Below are positions 1 through 13,068 of a stretch of 64,000 nucleotides of DNA, in pieces. Under the pieces are notes generated by a model. It saw only the letters and a list, made by a program, of their open reading frames with translations. It was not told the DNA's origin and did no database searches. The stretch is taken from NCBI GenBank assembly GCA_964188305.1, contig OZ076897.1. One strand, 5' to 3'. The position numbers and the translations under genes were made by a program. The first letter of the stretch is position 1; each line of letters opens with the position of its first letter. This stretch comes from Podarcis bocagei. Lineage: Eukaryota.

Positions 1-830
1 AGGGAAGGAAAAGAACTCAAGGGACAAGGAGCTTTTCCGCGGGGAGGAGGGAGGGAAAGAGCACTGTTGCTTTAAAGGTATACTTAAGGTATTTGCCCTG
101 TGCCTGGGTTTTTTTTCCATTTAACAGTTTGCAGCCTTTTCCTTCCGCTCCTTGTTTTGAGGCGGAATAGATTTGAGCAAGTGAGGAGGACTTGGGTTGC
201 AGGGGATTCGCCATTAGCTGTGTAAAACTGCTCCTCCTTGCAGCCTGAATGATAAGCAGCCACCAGCAGCAATAGAATGGAGCACAAAAAAGCGGTAGGG
301 GCACTAGGACCCAGACATTGCTCAAATCTATCCTGCCTGAAAACAAGCTGCTCCATCCCAGCCGATCAGCTGAGACGCGGGGGATTTGCGAAGTTTTCCC
401 CTCTCCCTCATGCCCTCCCCAGCCTTTTTTTTTACTTCCTGGTTTTCACTGCGCTGGCTCAGAGCTCGAGGTTGGTTTTATTTTGCTGCTGGTTGCTTAA
501 ATTTTATCTTTCCTGCCGTCTCTCTGCAGCCTCATTGCTCTGTTTAGAGAGCGCGCAGACCTTTGCTAGCGTCTCTCCCTCCCGTGTAAGCGGCTGCTGC
601 CGGCTTTGCTGCTATGGCTCTCCTTCCCTCCCTCCTTCCTGGCTCCAGGTCGCTTTAAAGAAAGCAAAGTGAGAGCCTCGTAGAGCGTGTAAGTGGCTCC
701 CGCTTTGCCTGACTGACGGCAGCCATGGCTCTGATCCGTGCATTCGCTCCTTAACACGCACAGGCATTTTCCCTTACTTTCTCGGAGCAAAAAAGTGCGT
801 GTTTTGGAGCGAAATTTACGGTAATATTCT
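1..830. promoter_or_regulatory. CpG-enriched intronic region, possible internal promoter/enhancer of ICA1
   Basis: About 30 CpG in 830 nt (hand count) against CpG-poor flanks; donor-like GTAAGT at 689. Confidence 0.4.
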
Positions 831-1120
831 CATTTTCCTAGAAGACCATGACTTACCTCACAAGCTCTCACACTCTTTTCCTCATATTTCCTTCTCTTGT
901 GAATTACCCCTCCCTTCCCAAAGCTAACTGTGGTTTGCCAATGTGACTTCCAGTATTAATGATAAATTTGGCTAGCTCCAAACAAGAGTTTGTCAACCTA
1001 TTTCTGACCATGATTCTAAGAAGGGCTGCTTTTTCAAGGGCTGCCATCAAGCCAGCCCTTGAGTCCATCTATAGCTCCTTCTTCACCATACCTGTAGAGA
1101 GAAACAGTTCTTTTCTCCAC

Positions 1121-1520
1121 CTGCTTAGCACCTACTTTGCCTCTGTCTTCACTGAAAAGGAAAGCAGTTCTCAACATAATGATAATAGAATAAAAGATGC
1201 ACAGATACAGCCCAAGATAGGAAAAGAGGTGGTAAGGAAACAACTAGCTACCTTAAATGAATTTAAATCTCCAGGGCCTTATGTGTTGCATTCAGTAGTA
1301 GTAAAAGGAGCTTATGGATGTAATCTCAGAGCCTCTGTCTATAAGCTTTGAGAATTCTTGGAGAACAGGTGAGCTCCCTGCAGATGGGAGGCAGGGAACT
1401 GTCCCCATCTTCAAAAAGGGGTTGTGTGGCCATCTGTCATGGATGCTTTAGTTGCATAGCAGAGGGTTGCAACTAAATGACCCTTAGAGTCCCTTCCAAC
1501 TCTACAATTCTATGATTCTA
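1121..1520 (+). mobile_element. CR1 LINE remnant, internally deleted (RT N-terminal fragment joined to 3' tail)
   Basis: LSTYFASVFT...EVVRKQLATLNEFKSPGP...VPIFKKG-like decayed ORF2, then gtcccttccaactctacaATTCTATGATTCTA tail. Confidence 0.85.
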
Positions 1521-3310
1521 CTGTTCTGAATTCTGTACTCAATGCCCTGCACTGCTGTGTTGGAACCTCTTGTACCTTCCAAGTATAAAATAGAATCCAT
1601 CCGTGTTAATAAAACTTGATACTGGAACATTTCCTGTCTTGGCAGAGGAAAACATGTAGCATTTGGTAACACCACAGTGCTTTAAGTATTATAATAACCG
1701 GTATTGACACAGAAAGCATATGGCCTTATGTTACATATTGGGTCAAGTACATTTAATGTTAGTCATCCTTTCCTGTTTATAAGTTATCCATCCCTTAAAA
1801 AAAGAAAATAATTGTGGTGTTGCATAAGAAAAAAACTATTTCTCTTAAGAAACAACAGTTGTAATAAACAAAGACCGCATGTATGAGTTTTTTGGTGGAT
1901 ATTACAGTATGTTGTGAGACAGGATTCTAGATTATGGGATGTTGGTTTAATCATACTCTTCCCAAAGACAAATACTTGGAAGCTAATGCCCGTTCTGCTA
2001 CAGTTAATGCCCATTTTGAAGTACTCAGGACTGCTACTGACTAAGCTGTTTGAGTAATGAATCCTGGGGTGCATTGACATATGGGTAAAGCATATTAGAT
2101 TTTTTTATTATTATTAAACCAGTCGCTAAGTTAGACAGTATATTTTGAAAATGAAATGGTAGGATCACAACTGCAATCCTTTGCAGCCTTACAGAATGGG
2201 AGTGGGAATAGAAAGATCAGTTTACATAGATACCATTTCTATTGTCTTTTCAACCCTGCTGTATTTTTAAGTCCGATGCTCTAATACCACTTGCAACAAA
2301 GTGAAGTCGAGCCAATCCACAGTATTTGCATTTTGAACAAAAGCTTACATGCAAAAAAACCTCAGATTTGAATAGTTTAAGTTAATTTTGTCCTGCTTAT
2401 TATATTTCATTTTAATGTTTGTTTCATTTTGCTTTGGGTCACTCCTTGTGAAAAAAAAGAGAGACTCATAATGCAATTAGTAATAATCAGGTGAAAAAGC
2501 GTATGTTGTGTGTTTAAGTGAATGAGTTCACCTGCAATAAATAAAAAAGGTGAAGTATGATTCTGTTCCCATCCCCCAGCCACTGTTGCCTGAGTGAGAT
2601 AATTCAGAAGTAGATGCATCGTTTGTGTCATGTATCTTTTGCCAGTTTAAGCACAGAAACCTTTGTGTCTAAGTTAATGTGTGAACATGGTAGGATTAGA
2701 ATGTAGACAGTCAATATATTATAGAACAGGGCAGGAACATTGTCAGAAGACGTCCCAGGTGGCTTGAGCTCTGGAAGTGTCTGGATTAGGTTCCAGGGTA
2801 AATGTTTGAAAATTCTTCTATTGACAAAAATGTGGTCTAAGAAAGAGTGGGTCACCTGAGAAATATGACCTTAATATATTGATGGAAGAATAGGCATGTT
2901 TGAGAGCTGGACCTACCATTAGTCACTGGTATTCATTGTCTGTCTTTGCCAAGAGTGAGAGAGGTAGCAGCTACGTCTGCAACAAACTTTGGGTTTTGTT
3001 GTTTTGCCCTGACATAGATTTTGTTGAGACTGCACTGTAAGTGTGTGTGTGTGTAATCTGCCTTTTTCAAGCATGAAAATTTATTTGCTTCTGTGGATAT
3101 TGCTTACCTCTGGAGAATCAAATTTATTCACTAGTACTTCCAAGAACTTATTAATTGAAGTGTGGTCTATAAATCCATTAAATAAAACAAATAATGACTC
3201 TGCTGAATAATTATTTGGAAATATGACAGACATGCTGATGAGTGGGTGTTTTCTGGGATGTCCTGGTATCTGAAGAAGCTCTTACTCTCTGGAACTCTCT
3301 ATATTTATAG

Positions 3311-3532
<222 letters not shown>

Positions 3533-3619
3533 TAAGGCTAAGGTTGGGTATATGAGCAGGAAATCTTAAGTGTCAGTCAACATGCAAGTGTTAACTTTCA
3601 TTGGTTCTTTCCATTACAG

Positions 3620-3718
3620 ACAACCCTACTTCACTTTTGGGAAAAAACATCTCATACCATGGCAGCTATTCATGAAAGTTTCAAAGGGTATCAGCCTTAT
3701 GAATTCATGATGCTAAAG
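3620..3718 (+). CDS. ICA1: ICA1 coding exon, end of BAR region
   Basis: cattacag|ACA...CTAAAG|gtaagc; 99 nt; TTLLHFWEKTSHTMAAIHESFKGYQPYEFMMLK. Confidence 0.96.
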
Positions 3719-6233
3719 GTAAGCATATACCTTTTGTTCATTTCTAGCCTACTTGGCAAAGTAATTTGGATAAATGAAAGAGGGGTGTCAAGCTTCCTTT
3801 TTGTAGAACTTTTTTACACTTAGGAGTGTTCATCAATTTCTATATATCGTAAGTGCAGCTAGTCCACACACACTATGCTAGCAGGCACTTCTAACATGTA
3901 TTAAGAAGAATGTTAAAATGTATGTTGTAATCCCATACATTTGGGTCAACCCATGTATGTAACCCATAATGTTGGGTTGGTATGCATGTAATTCTAAACC
4001 ATGGTTTGGTGCTCTGCAGACAGTCTTCAGTCGCCTAGAGCAAAGCATCTGCCTCACCCCCTCTCCCCACCCCTGCGTGGCCTGGCAAGGAATTCTGTCA
4101 AGTTCAGAAGAATCACTGCTCAGTGCTATATGCAAACCAGGAATTTTGGTTTAAAACAAACAGTGGTTAGTTAAATAAACCAGCTGCACAATTCATATCA
4201 CATCTAGTTTGGCCTTGAACTTTGTTACAAAGCAGATATTTGAATTTGAAGCTAAGCAGGTATGTAAGTTTGGTCAGTAAGTCCAACACAATAGCCACTA
4301 CAGCATACTCCTACTAGTGAAGCTTGCTTATAAATGTGCTCTCCTGTTATCAGAAATGAGCATACGGGAAAATTATCTTTTGGAATGCCTTGCCTTCCTA
4401 ATGCAGAATAAGCATGTTCTTAGTTTCGTTAAATAATTATTTGCACAGACCACACTGCAGCTGTCCAAATTAAGGAAGTGTGTCAGTTTTCTAGCATCTG
4501 AGTACAGCTTGGTGAAGCTTAGGCTTTTTAAGTTCAACAGGTTTACTTTTCAGTTTTCTATTGTAGTTAATAATATAATTAATAAATCAACAATTTTATG
4601 AAGTGATCATTTATTCATGCTAAAGTGTTATCTCCAGAAAGAGAGACTCTGCCCTTGGGAACGTGTCTGGAAATAATACATTGCTTTAGCAGTGGGAGTT
4701 CTTCTCTCTTCGCTAAACTCTGGTAATGAACAATCTGATAAAAAATGTTTTCTTAGCTTCAGGGTATATTGTGGAAGTAATGTAATTGCAGCTGTGTTTC
4801 CTGATAGTTGTATTTGTGTTTAAGAGAATATTTTTAATGCACTAACAAGTCCAAGAATTTTGTTGCTTGTGGGTAACCAGGGGAGTTTGTTCAAGTTTTC
4901 AGGATTCATTCTTTTTATTGTTAGGAGAGTGTTGATTCCTCTTGACTCCTTTTTTTGTTAAAGATTAACATTTTAAGTTTTGAAATATGCTGAATAGAGA
5001 ACATGGACGCACCATTCATATGGTATTATTAAACTTGGATATTTTGTAAACCACTTAGCTTTGTAAACTGCTTAGAGGTTCTATTTACAGTCAAGCAGTA
5101 TATAAATTTTGTTAGATAAATAAATTTATTTTAACTGCTTTAATATTGAAAGCAGAGAAAGAAAAGAGGACATAGGAACAAATAAGAATGGTAATATGTG
5201 AGGAAGGAAATGGTGGAAGGATAAATTGCAGTAACCTTGTATTAGGGGACCTTCAGCCTTCAGTGTTTTCTCAATTTCCCTTTTCTCAATGGTCAGTAGT
5301 GAAGCATCACTATTTTATGATTTAGAAAATATTATTGAAGAAATGTTGAAAATGAGCTCAGGAAAATATAACTAGGTTCCTTGTCATCTCCACAACCCTG
5401 AGAAGGAGGCTAAAATTCTTAAATGTTGCAGTAGAGTCTGAAGACCTAGTAATCATAACTACTGCTGTGAGCCTCACCATTTCTTATGAAAAGGCAAATA
5501 GGATTTGATGGGGTTGTATCTGGTATCTGTTACATTACAAATTGTATTATATGGTTGCTATGTATCTTGCAAAAGGGAGGGGGGAGTCCAGTACTAATTT
5601 TAAATGAGTTTGATTAGACACAGAGGCAGCTACAAAGCCTGTGAGATAAATTAATGTCTTTACAGTTTCATCAGCAACTTCTGTCTGCTGCTTTCATGTA
5701 TTCTGTATTTTAACATTATCATTGCCAGAAGATACGTCGTTGCTATTACTCAACCTTATTTATTTTAAAAATAAACCTTATTTACAAGTACCTAGTTCTT
5801 CTTGTCAGTAGCAGTTAAAAAAAAACACAATTTGTATAACTTTGTACCAGAATGCTACTGAAACTGCCATAACATATTCATTTAACATGTATTTTGTTTT
5901 AATTTTCTGCTTGGCATAAATTTCAAATTTTGGCTTTAGTACTTATAGTGTGTTCATTTTCCTAATCCAGAACGCAGTTATTGTGAGTGTGCTGCTTTGC
6001 AATTTCTTTCCATGTTCCCTTTTGTCTGTATGCTTAGGATTATCATGTAGGCTTTTGGTTAACTTATTCAAAGTTTGAATTCAGCGGCACCTTTTTCTGA
6101 CCAATTATGTAGTTGTTAATATTGCATAAGCTTTCATTGGTTACAATCCACTTCAGTTGCGAAGATGGAATGACCAGAAGTAGGTCAAGACAGTTAATGG
6201 AGTGTTTACCTGTAGTACGCCTCTTTTTTCAAA

Positions 6234-6397
6234 GGGATGCTAACCATAATTTAGTGGTAGAGGACCTGCTTTGCCTGCAAAAGGTCGCAGGTTCAATCAT
6301 GTCCATGAGGGCTTGGTGAGACTCCTATCAGTGTAGACAAGAACTGAGCTAGGTGGGCCAGTCTGAGTCAGTATTAAGGCTGCTTCCTGTGTTCCTA
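6234..6397 (+). mobile_element. Old tRNA-derived SINE (Squam3-like)
   Basis: A box-like tagtggtagag, B box ggttcaatc, tail ctgcttcctgtgttccta. Confidence 0.6.
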
Positions 6398-7759
6398 CTT
6401 GGGCTCCTGTTTTGCTACCTCAACTAGCATTTTACCAACCAGAATCTATTCCCTTGAAAATGGCCCTTCTGAATATTGTTCTAAACTGTCTAAGAAAACA
6501 GAAACATTAAAACTTGTGAATCTATTTCTGGGTTTTATGTCCATTCATATGTTTTCTTAAGGATGGTTCCATTTGGGTGATGTTAGATTGATGTAAGAGC
6601 ACAAGGTTATAGGGTGATATTATTTAGTCCTGAACTATGCTGCTGCTGTTACTGATCTAAGTGGTGTAACTGGTATCTGGGTCAATCAATCAAATACCTT
6701 TATTGGCATCACAGTATAAAACATCTCAAGTAACTGGAATAATTAAAATGACAAGGGTAAAGCTATCAAGGGTTATAAGGTCACACTATGGTTGTATGCA
6801 TTTGGATATTCTGCTACACTCAGTGCTTTGGATGGAGTCCACAGTGACGCCACTACCCCCAGATATAAGAAAAGCATAGAAATTCCTTAATGAAATATTT
6901 TCTTTCAAAATCAGTCGGTGATCTTGATAAAGTGACTGTTTCAGATGTGGAAATATACAAAACTAGTAGCTCGCAGAAATGTTTCCTAGCCTGCTTTTAC
7001 ACACTCATTGTTACTCATTGTCACATTAAAAAAAAACCTATACCAACTCTCATAAATCATCTGGAGGCAATTTCTTAGTCTCTAAAGGTGACCGGGCCTA
7101 GACTATGTATAAATAATTATTGTGTAAAAAATATTCATCTTATATAAATTGCTTTTCTTGCAAGCTTAAATCTAGGTTCAACTAGGCAATAATGTTCCTT
7201 AATAAGGGTTTTGCTGTTGCCTCTTCTGTTAATTCACCTGCTTGAGGAATATATGCATCTCCTGGGCTTCTAATTCATGTAAATATTTATAGAAAAGCTT
7301 ATTGTGACAGGAGGAAGAAATGAAATTGCCTGTTTGTTAACTAAAAACACTTAAAAATACCAGAGGTAACTTAAGTACAAACAGCTGTTTTTGGATCAGC
7401 ATTACATTGGCAGGACTTTGCAACGCCTCCACTAGTGAATCAGTTTGTTTAGCTTTGGGACCAACACAGGAGCTAATGGAGATAAGACGGAATATTCTCC
7501 ACTTGGCACCCTGTTTGGAATGAAGAACCTTGTGGTAGATCATCTGAGAATATGTGAAGAAAATCTGATTGTGCCCCACCTGGTTTATTGTGCCCTAGTA
7601 TTTCAAAAGATGGATAGATAATTTACGGTAATTTTAAAAAATCTTGTTTTTGCTGTTTGTAACTTGTATTTGCATAAAACAACATTCCTCCTACATGGTA
7701 GGATGACAACATGTTAGTCAAACATCTTTAAAGTACTATTATCAGAATCAGACTCATCA

Positions 7760-7890
7760 AATCATAGAATCGCAGAGTTGGAAGGGATCTCAAGGGTCCT
7801 CTACTCCAATCCCTTGCAATGCAGGAATCCTGCCCACAGTTGTCTCTGGGTGGGTTCGAACCACCAACCTTCCTGTTAACTACCTGATGC
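7760..7890 (-). mobile_element. tRNA-derived SINE with CR1-type 3' tail
   Basis: B box GGTTCGAACC (7853-7862); minus strand ends cccttccaactctgcgATTCTATGATT. Confidence 0.75.
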
Positions 7891-8208
7891 ATCACTTTCC
7901 CTATCTCAGAATGCAGACCATGCAACAGCAAATAGCATGAAATAGAAAACTTTTTTTAAACAAAAATAATCTTAAGTGGGCAGAACACTGTAAATGTAGC
8001 TGTAAACTTATAAGTGGAATGTTCAATCTTTTGGCAGCCTGAAAATTGCATGGTAATAATGAGGTTAAGAGTCTGATTCTTGGAACAGCATTTTATTATA
8101 TCTTCTATTATAAATCCCACAACTTGCAAAACTACGCAACGTGCTTCTTTCTTTTCAAATAGATTAACTTGTGTTAGTCTGTTGCAGCAGTCTTGTGACT
8201 CCTTAAAG

Positions 8209-8405
8209 CAGTGCTTTCCAAACTTTTCATGTTGGTGACACACTTTTTAGACATGCGTCATTCTGCAACACAGTTTTTCAGTTTTACTAGCAAACCAGAG
8301 ATTAAACTAACCCCTTATAAGAGATACAGACACTTATCACGCAACACATGTACACACTGCAGCTGACACACTAACGTATTGCAACACACAGTTTGGAAAG
8401 CTCTG
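8209..8405. mobile_element. Non-autonomous hAT element (MITE)
   Basis: 16-bp TIR CAGWGCTTTCCAAACT (15/16); perfect 8-bp TSD CCTTAAAG at 8201-8208 and 8406-8413. Confidence 0.92.
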
Positions 8406-10138
8406 CCTTAAAGACTATGGGAGGAATCCTGCTAGAGCCATTGCACTCATGGAAGAGCTTTTGATCCTGTGAATGCCTCTACTAATGGACAAAAAGGGGA
8501 GGCGATTTTTGCCAATTTACTCCTGTAGAATCCAGTGTCACAAAAAAGGAATCCAGATAGTGGGGTACCCTTCAGAACATCTAGATGCTTCAGGAGGAAG
8601 GATGAACTGGCAAATAAAAAACACCCCACCCTCCCCTCTTCTTCCATTAATGGATACCTCTGCTGGATCAAAAGTGCTTCTTATGAGCACAAGGCCACCA
8701 GAGGAATTTCCTCCCTAACAAACTAATTGTGGCATGCACTTTAATAAAATTCACTCAGTGGTGGTACTAGAACTGAACAATGCATCATAGCTCCATGGCC
8801 CTGATGTCCCCAGGGTGGGGAGATGACTGCAGCCCATCAGCAACAGTTGCCCAAAACATATTTTCTTTACCTCCTTTCATTCCTTCACACCCACACCCAC
8901 ACACCATTTTTTAAAATAGTGGGCATGATGTGGAACAACCCTTCAGAACCACCTTGGTTTCTCAAAGTGCTGAGCCTCTGGGCTCATGAGGGACTGTGAG
9001 AATTTAAGGTGATGTGCACAACTGTCTGGAGCTTTGTTCTGCCTTTGGAAAAGGAAAGGCATAGGAGTCACTATTGCCACTGTCACATGACCTGAAAGGA
9101 GGAGAAAAGGAGAAAACCAAATGGAAGGTTGCATGAGCAGGCGGAAAAGAACAAGCCACTGTTGCTTTCTTCAGCTTTATTTCACAAAGGTTGGTGGGTA
9201 TGCTGGAACTCAACAACCTCCATAAAATGTTTTGAAGAAAGCAACAGCAATCCTCTCTTTCCTTCCTTCCTGCATGCTGCATGGTAAACCAGGTCTCTTT
9301 ATCTCGTACTTAACTAAAAGAAGGGAAAATTGGCCAGTTTGTCCAGGAAGGGGACAAATGGTTCCTTTTTTCTTTCTGTTTACAAAGTAAAGAAAGGGGG
9401 ATCTTGTTCCTTGAGCTCCTTCTTCCTCTCACTTATCTGGCGGCAGAAAGGAAGGAGAGCTTGGGGGGGGAGGGATATGTGTGAGAGGGAGAGAACATGC
9501 TCAGTCTGGGAGGTGGGCTCCCATAGCGCGTTTTGTCCAGGTTGTCGAGCCCATTTCTTTTCTTTCTTTTCTTCCCCCCTTTATTTATTAATTTTCCCAG
9601 AGATCCCCCAAAATACATAATACCCAAGTGAAAGCCATTGATGTTCCTACATAGTAGTCTTCTCATGTGTAGCATAGTTGAATCACAGATGGGGACAAGA
9701 CAAGAAAAAGCTTGTTGTGGTATTTTAAGAGACGTTCTACCGATTATTCGTAAGAACCTTGTATATCAAAGCTGCCCTTTGCCACTGATGCCTAATATTA
9801 ACAGTATTTTTTTAATGCATATGCGGCAGGATGGGTCATCTCTGCCCATTTGCCACAGTGTATATTTAGCTTTTCTTTTGAAAATCATCTCTATTACATT
9901 TGAATCAAATTTATCGAACTACCTGCCTGTTTTCCATTCTGTTTCCATTAAAGTTATTTTTCACTGAATTTTAATTGGTGGCTTCTTAATGTTTCAGGAG
10001 CTCTCATTTTTCCTGTTTAGATAGAAGTAATTTCCATCACTATGAAACTGTTTTAATGCAACTTTGGATAAGTTTTCAGCATTCCTTCTTGTTGTCTTTC
10101 TGTATTCTTTTTCATACGTTGATTGGTGGGTGACCCAG

Positions 10139-10236
10139 AGCTTACAAGAGCCTGTAAATAAACTAACGGAGAGTGAAGAAAAAGAGGAGGAATTGCGGCT
10201 AGAGAACGCCAGATTAGAAGATGATCAGCAGAATCA
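10139..10236 (+). CDS. ICA1: ICA1 coding exon (linker)
   Basis: gacccag|AGC...AATCA|gtaagc; 98 nt, phase 0-2; SLQEPVNKLTESEEKEEELRLENARLEDDQQN(Q), like mammalian SLQDPMKKLVE... Confidence 0.9.
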
Positions 10237-11409
10237 GTAAGCCATATGATAAGAATCTGTTGGAACAAAATAATACTGTAGATGACAATGGGCTTTCAGA
10301 TTATTTTTAGCTCTACAGTTAGGAAAATGCATATTTTCCCCAATCCCAAAGTGTATGAGTATCCCAGTATCCCAAACAGAAGAGACAGACAGTGGGAAAG
10401 AGGTGGAAGCTTCTCTGAGTTTGCCAGGAAATCTCCTTCTCATTTTAAAACACACAAAAAACTGGTTGAAGTGAATGGAAGAACCTTTCTACACCCATTC
10501 CTTTTTATGATCTTTTTGTTCCCCTGGCTGAATCTCTTTCTTATTTTCTTCTTTCCCCTTGTAATATTTTCCCCTGCAGACAACACATTTGAAAAATATT
10601 TTGCAGCCATGCAAAATATACATTGTCTTTTGCCTTCCATGCATATGTTCCATAAGTTTCCCTACAGATGCCCTTTTGCATAGGAAAAGTGTTACATTGC
10701 ATAGATATTAATTACATTACATTAGTCCACCTATCTGCTGTGCCTGGGCTTTGTTCCTGAATGCTGCCCCTTTCCCTTTTTTGCTCCTCCTCACTGACAT
10801 ACTGTGGGTCAGCAAAGCAATAAGCATCTTAGGTATATCATACAGAAGATATAAGCACATTTCTCTCTATACTTTGCCTCCTCATCACTGCTCCTATTGC
10901 ATACATGAATTGGAACATATCCATTGCTCACTTTGAGCACTGATTAGCTCTTGTAATCTATACAGGGTTTGGCAAGTGATCCAGTACAGCAGCAAGTACG
11001 CTGTAAGAGTATACCCTGAGAACTAAGCCTGGTGGGATTCTAGTTACTGGTGTCAAGAGGCACTATACAGATAGGCTGTATCTTAATCTTTGGTAGTTTG
11101 GCTGATGGGGACATGTGAAAAGGAGAAAGAGATGTGATCCTCCTTCTATGGAAACATCCAGAATCAGCGAGGAGGGTATGAGCCTTGCTGTAATCACACG
11201 GCCAGCTGTTTAGAATATTCAAGGTTAAGGGAAGGCTAGTTGTTGATTCATTGAAGAGCAGCTTTCAATGTTTGTCATTAGACCTCATTTCGTTGCCTTT
11301 TTAGTTTCTCCAAAATGTTTTTTGTCCATGGGGGAAATGGTTTTAAGTAGCAGTGTGACATAGATTAGATAATTTTGCTATGTGTCTTTCTAATTTTGGA
11401 TATTTAAAT

Positions 11410-11547
11410 GAGGGGTGGGAACCTGTGGCCTTCCAGATGTTTTTGGGCCACAGCTTCCACTGTTCCTGACCTTTGGTCACACCAACCTGGGCTGATGGAA
11501 GTTGGGAGTTTGGAAACATCTGGAGGGCATCAGATTCTACATTACTG
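11410..11547. mobile_element. Short decayed hAT-like MITE with internal palindrome
   Basis: ccttccagatgtt...aacatctggaggg inverted arms; same family at 12243, ~17690, ~46340, ~46900 and 61310. Confidence 0.6.
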
Positions 11548-11677
11548 GTTTGGGAGCTTGAGAACACCCACTGCTGAGTCACTTTTCTAGATAGCCATTT
11601 TCACTCCAGCTATTGTGTTTCAAGGGAAGCAGGTTAAGACTCTTCTTCACAGATCGTGTAAATGTCTTGCTTAACAG

Positions 11678-11771
11678 TATACGAGGAATTCTGAAAGACT
11701 GCTGTGAAGAAAATTCCCACATGGAACCTCTTCCTAGATATAGAGACTTCATGTCAACAAAGCACTTCTAA
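11678..11771 (+). CDS. ICA1: Candidate ICA1 alternative terminal/poison exon
   Basis: tcttgcttaacag|T ATA CGA...TTC TAA; in phase 2 with exon 10139-10236: (H)IRGILKDCCEENSHMEPLPRYRDFMSTKHF*. Confidence 0.4.
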
Positions 11772-12242
11772 CAAGCATGAGGAACACCAAAAAAAGCACA
11801 AAAATGTGTTGACAGATGTTAACTTCCATTTCAGCCTGACTGCATAAGTGGCTCAGAAATTCATGTTGTGTTCTTCTTTTTTCTTCCCTCTTCTGTCCTG
11901 CTTTGCACCAGAGCTTTATTTCTAAAAGCTTCTGCTACTTGACTTGGCCTGTGTTCTTGCACACCTAAAGATGCAACTGATATGTCCTCAGCGCTGGGCT
12001 CATGGTTCAGATAAAATCACAGAGCGACAGCAGGCAGAGTAATAGCAATGATCCCTGTCAAGCCAGTACATGTCAGTTGCCCTGTAATCAGTCCTCTTGC
12101 TTATTCAGTGGTTCTGCTGGCCCCTCCACACCGTATCAGGGAGAGTAGTTCCTCTTGCCCTCCAGACGGAACCTTGAGTATCTTCTGCTCTCTTTAAATC
12201 TTTAGAAGAAAACAAAATAAACCAAGGTCTAAATCTCAAAAG

Positions 12243-12368
12243 CAAGGATAGCCAACATGGTGCCCCCTGGATGTTGTTAGCAGCATCCATTGTTCCTAAC
12301 CATTGGCTGTGCCTGCTGAGCCTGATTTGGAGTCCAACATCTGGAAGGTACCACATTGACTTCCCTTG
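12243..12368. mobile_element. Short decayed hAT-like MITE
   Basis: caaggatagccaacatggtgccc...ggtaccacattgacttcccttg imperfect TIRs. Confidence 0.55.
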
Positions 12369-12609
12369 CTCGTGAGAGTCTCCAGTGAGACTGCTTTAAA
12401 ATGCTGTTTTGCATTAGTTAGAAAATGAGGAAGAAGTGAACACAGCTGTAGTGAAATCACCAGGGCAACAAAGAGAGCTAGGGAAGATGGGAAGATTGTA
12501 ATTTAGACAGGGCCCCCAACTCATTTTGATTCAGTCACTACACTGACCATTAAATTTAGAAGGATTATCCTCCTGTCACTGTACCTTTACTGCCTGAAAT
12601 GCCAACATA

Positions 12610-12851
12610 CAGTGGTACCTTGGGTTAAGTACTTAATTCATTCCGGAGGTCCGTACTTAACCTGAAACTGTTCTTAACCTGAAGCACCACTTTAGCTAAT
12701 GGGACCTCCTACTGCTGCCGCGCCGCCAGAGCACGATTTCTGTTCTCATCCTGAAGCAAAGTTCTTAACTTGAAGCACTATTTCTGGGTTAGCGGAGTCT
12801 GTAACCTGAAACGTATGTAACCTGAAGCGTATGTAACCCAAGGTACCACTG
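12610..12851. mobile_element. Tc1/mariner (Tigger/pogo-like) MITE
   Basis: Perfect 18-bp TIR CAGTGGTACCTTGGGTTA, TA target duplication on both sides, internal TAACCTGAA repeats. Confidence 0.93.
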
Positions 12852-13018
12852 TATTTTTGTTTTCTGAAAACACCTTGGAATTTGAGTATATCTCGACTTG
12901 GTCTGTAAAAACTGAAAGGGGGCAGAGACAGTTGTAACTTTTGGTCATTATTTTCCCCAATAACATGCTACACCACAGCATAAACTAAGTTCTCAATTTT
13001 TTTACCTTCCAATTTAAG

Positions 13019-13068
13019 GTTGATTTCATTAGATGAGGACAGCCACACCAAGGAATCAACCAGCTCAG
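13019..13068 (+). CDS. ICA1: ICA1 coding exon (linker)
   Basis: tttaag|G TTG ATT TCA...TCAG|gtattt; 50 nt, phase 2-1; LISLDEDSHTKESTSS (mammalian LISLEEEN...KESSS). Confidence 0.9.

Noticed and set aside
277-672. 131-aa ORF in the CpG-rich region
   Set aside because: No recognisable domain, biased composition from pyrimidine tracts, and it overlaps an inverted repeat; likely a chance ORF.
959-1351. 130-aa ORF
   Set aside because: Its C-terminal part is a decayed CR1 ORF2 fragment, not a host gene.
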